Shown here: positions 23,029 through 24,000 of the stretch, piece by piece
How positions within the stretch are numbered: the stretch's first letter is position 1
Layout: each line of letters begins with the position of its first letter
Source of the DNA: Lactobacillus phage ATCCB
Sequence record: MK504445.1
Length of the DNA: 24,000 bases
Reading direction: 5' to 3' (one strand)
Made by a program: the position numbers and the translations under genes
Notes under the pieces: model-generated
What the model was told of the DNA's origin: nothing
Databases searched by the model: none
What the model saw: the letters and a program-made list of their open reading frames with translations, nothing else

Positions 23029-24000
23029 TTATTCTCCTCCTAGATTAATTCCAAAAGTTTCTTCAATAATATCGTCATCATGATTTTCCAAATATGATTG
23101 AGTCGTATCAATAGATGAGTGATGTGCAATAACTTTCAAAACATTAAGTGGTAGCTCTTTTTTACCTAATTGTTTGAGCATATAATGCGTTCCATTTGAA
23201 TAATTTTCAAGAGCACTATGTCTAAAATCATGAGTTTTAATGTGAATATCCTTTTCATAAATATCTTTCAAATATTTACGAAGTTCTAGGATAAACCCAT
23301 ACAGAGTGTTGTTATTTGCTCTGATTAATTGACCATCAACCGTATCGATGAACATTGCCTCAGAATCATCCCTACGTGAATCAATCCAAAGTTTTGCAAT
23401 TTTTTTAGTTCTGTCAAAATACATGAGTTTAAATTCTTTGCCACGTTTTCCAATTACTTTATTACTTGAATTTGATGTTAAAAAATTCTTGATGTTTACT
23501 TGTCTAATTTCATTTCGACGTGCTGCAGAATCGTAAGCAAGTGATACGAATGTTGCAAGTTCATATTTCTTATCCTCTAAGAGCTTATCAAGCAGTGTTG
23601 TGATTTGCTCATCAGTTAAAAATACAACGTCTCTCACAGGCTTTTTAGTCATACCTTTTAATGAATGCATTTCATTAACTTCATAATCATAAACATCGTC
23701 GTCTTCATCAACTGCATATTCTAAAATATTTCTAAGTGATGATTGAAAACGATTAATTCTCGCGCTTGAAGTTCCATTCTTAACCATTGTTAAGAAAAAT
23801 TTACGAAAATCACGTTTCTTTAATTCAAGTAGATATTTATTTTGTGCATTATCACAATTCCAGCATAAAAAACCTTTAATATCAGCTTGATATTGATAAA
23901 TTGTACGTTCAGATTTTCCTTGTGATTCTAACTCTAAAGAATAATCATCTAACAGATCTTTTGATTCTTGATTGACTTTTTTATATGTTTCTTTTGTCAT
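23029..24000 (-). CDS. Tyrosine recombinase/integrase
   Basis: N-terminal SAM-like GKSERTIYQYQADIKGFLCW; catalytic SAARRNE (R), HDFRH (HxxR), VIAHHSS (H), TTQSYL (Y). Confidence 0.88.
   Translation of the reverse strand: MTKETYKKVNQESKDLLDDYSLELESQGKSERTIYQYQADIKGFLCWNCDNAQNKYLLELKKRDFRKFFLTMVKNGTSSARINRFQSSLRNILEYAVDEDDDVYDYEVNEMHSLKGMTKKPVRDVVFLTDEQITTLLDKLLEDKKYELATFVSLAYDSAARRNEIRQVNIKNFLTSNSSNKVIGKRGKEFKLMYFDRTKKIAKLWIDSRRDDSEAMFIDTVDGQLIRANNNTLYGFILELRKYLKDIYEKDIHIKTHDFRHSALENYSNGTHYMLKQLGKKELPLNVLKVIAHHSSIDTTQSYLENHDDDIIEETFGINLGGE

Noticed and set aside
1-24000. CRISPR arrays, tRNAs, retron or DGR elements, restriction-modification or other recognised defence loci
   Set aside because: No regularly spaced direct repeats, cloverleaf-like segments, reverse transcriptase motifs or methylase/nuclease pairs were seen by eye; a tRNAscan/DefenseFinder run would be needed to exclude divergent cases.

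Overview
AT-rich (roughly 30% GC) 24 kb segment that reads as the replication and nucleotide-metabolism module of a large tailed phage, or a phage-like/phage-plasmid element, of a low-GC Gram-positive host (probably Lactobacillales; inference). Almost all genes are on the + strand: partial membrane protein, Zn-ribbon-like small protein, DnaB-like helicase, DnaG-like primase, RecJ/DHH exonuclease, RNase HI, PnuC-like transporter, RusA-like resolvase, guanylate-kinase-like NMP kinase, dUTPase, secreted LysM/transglycosylase-like protein, thymidine kinase, NUMOD4/HNH homing endonuclease, C-family DNA polymerase (PHP + DnaE), solitary MazF/PemK-like protein, nucleoside deoxyribosyltransferase-like protein, and a split type IIA topoisomerase (ParE/GyrB-like and ParC/GyrA-like). 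The right end carries a minus-strand tyrosine recombinase plus a small ORF. The most distinctive non-coding signal is a recurrent intergenic promoter, TGTAC(A/T)-N17-TA(T/A)(A/T)AT, found 8 times with exactly 17 bp spacing. It often sits directly after, or inside, a terminator hairpin, and shows two sub-classes of conserved initial transcribed sequence. Other notable points: a probable AUU-initiated secreted protein, several small ORFs missing from the ORF track, and a GC-elevated tract running from the homing endonuclease into the 5' part of the polymerase gene. No clearly new multi-gene defence system was identified.
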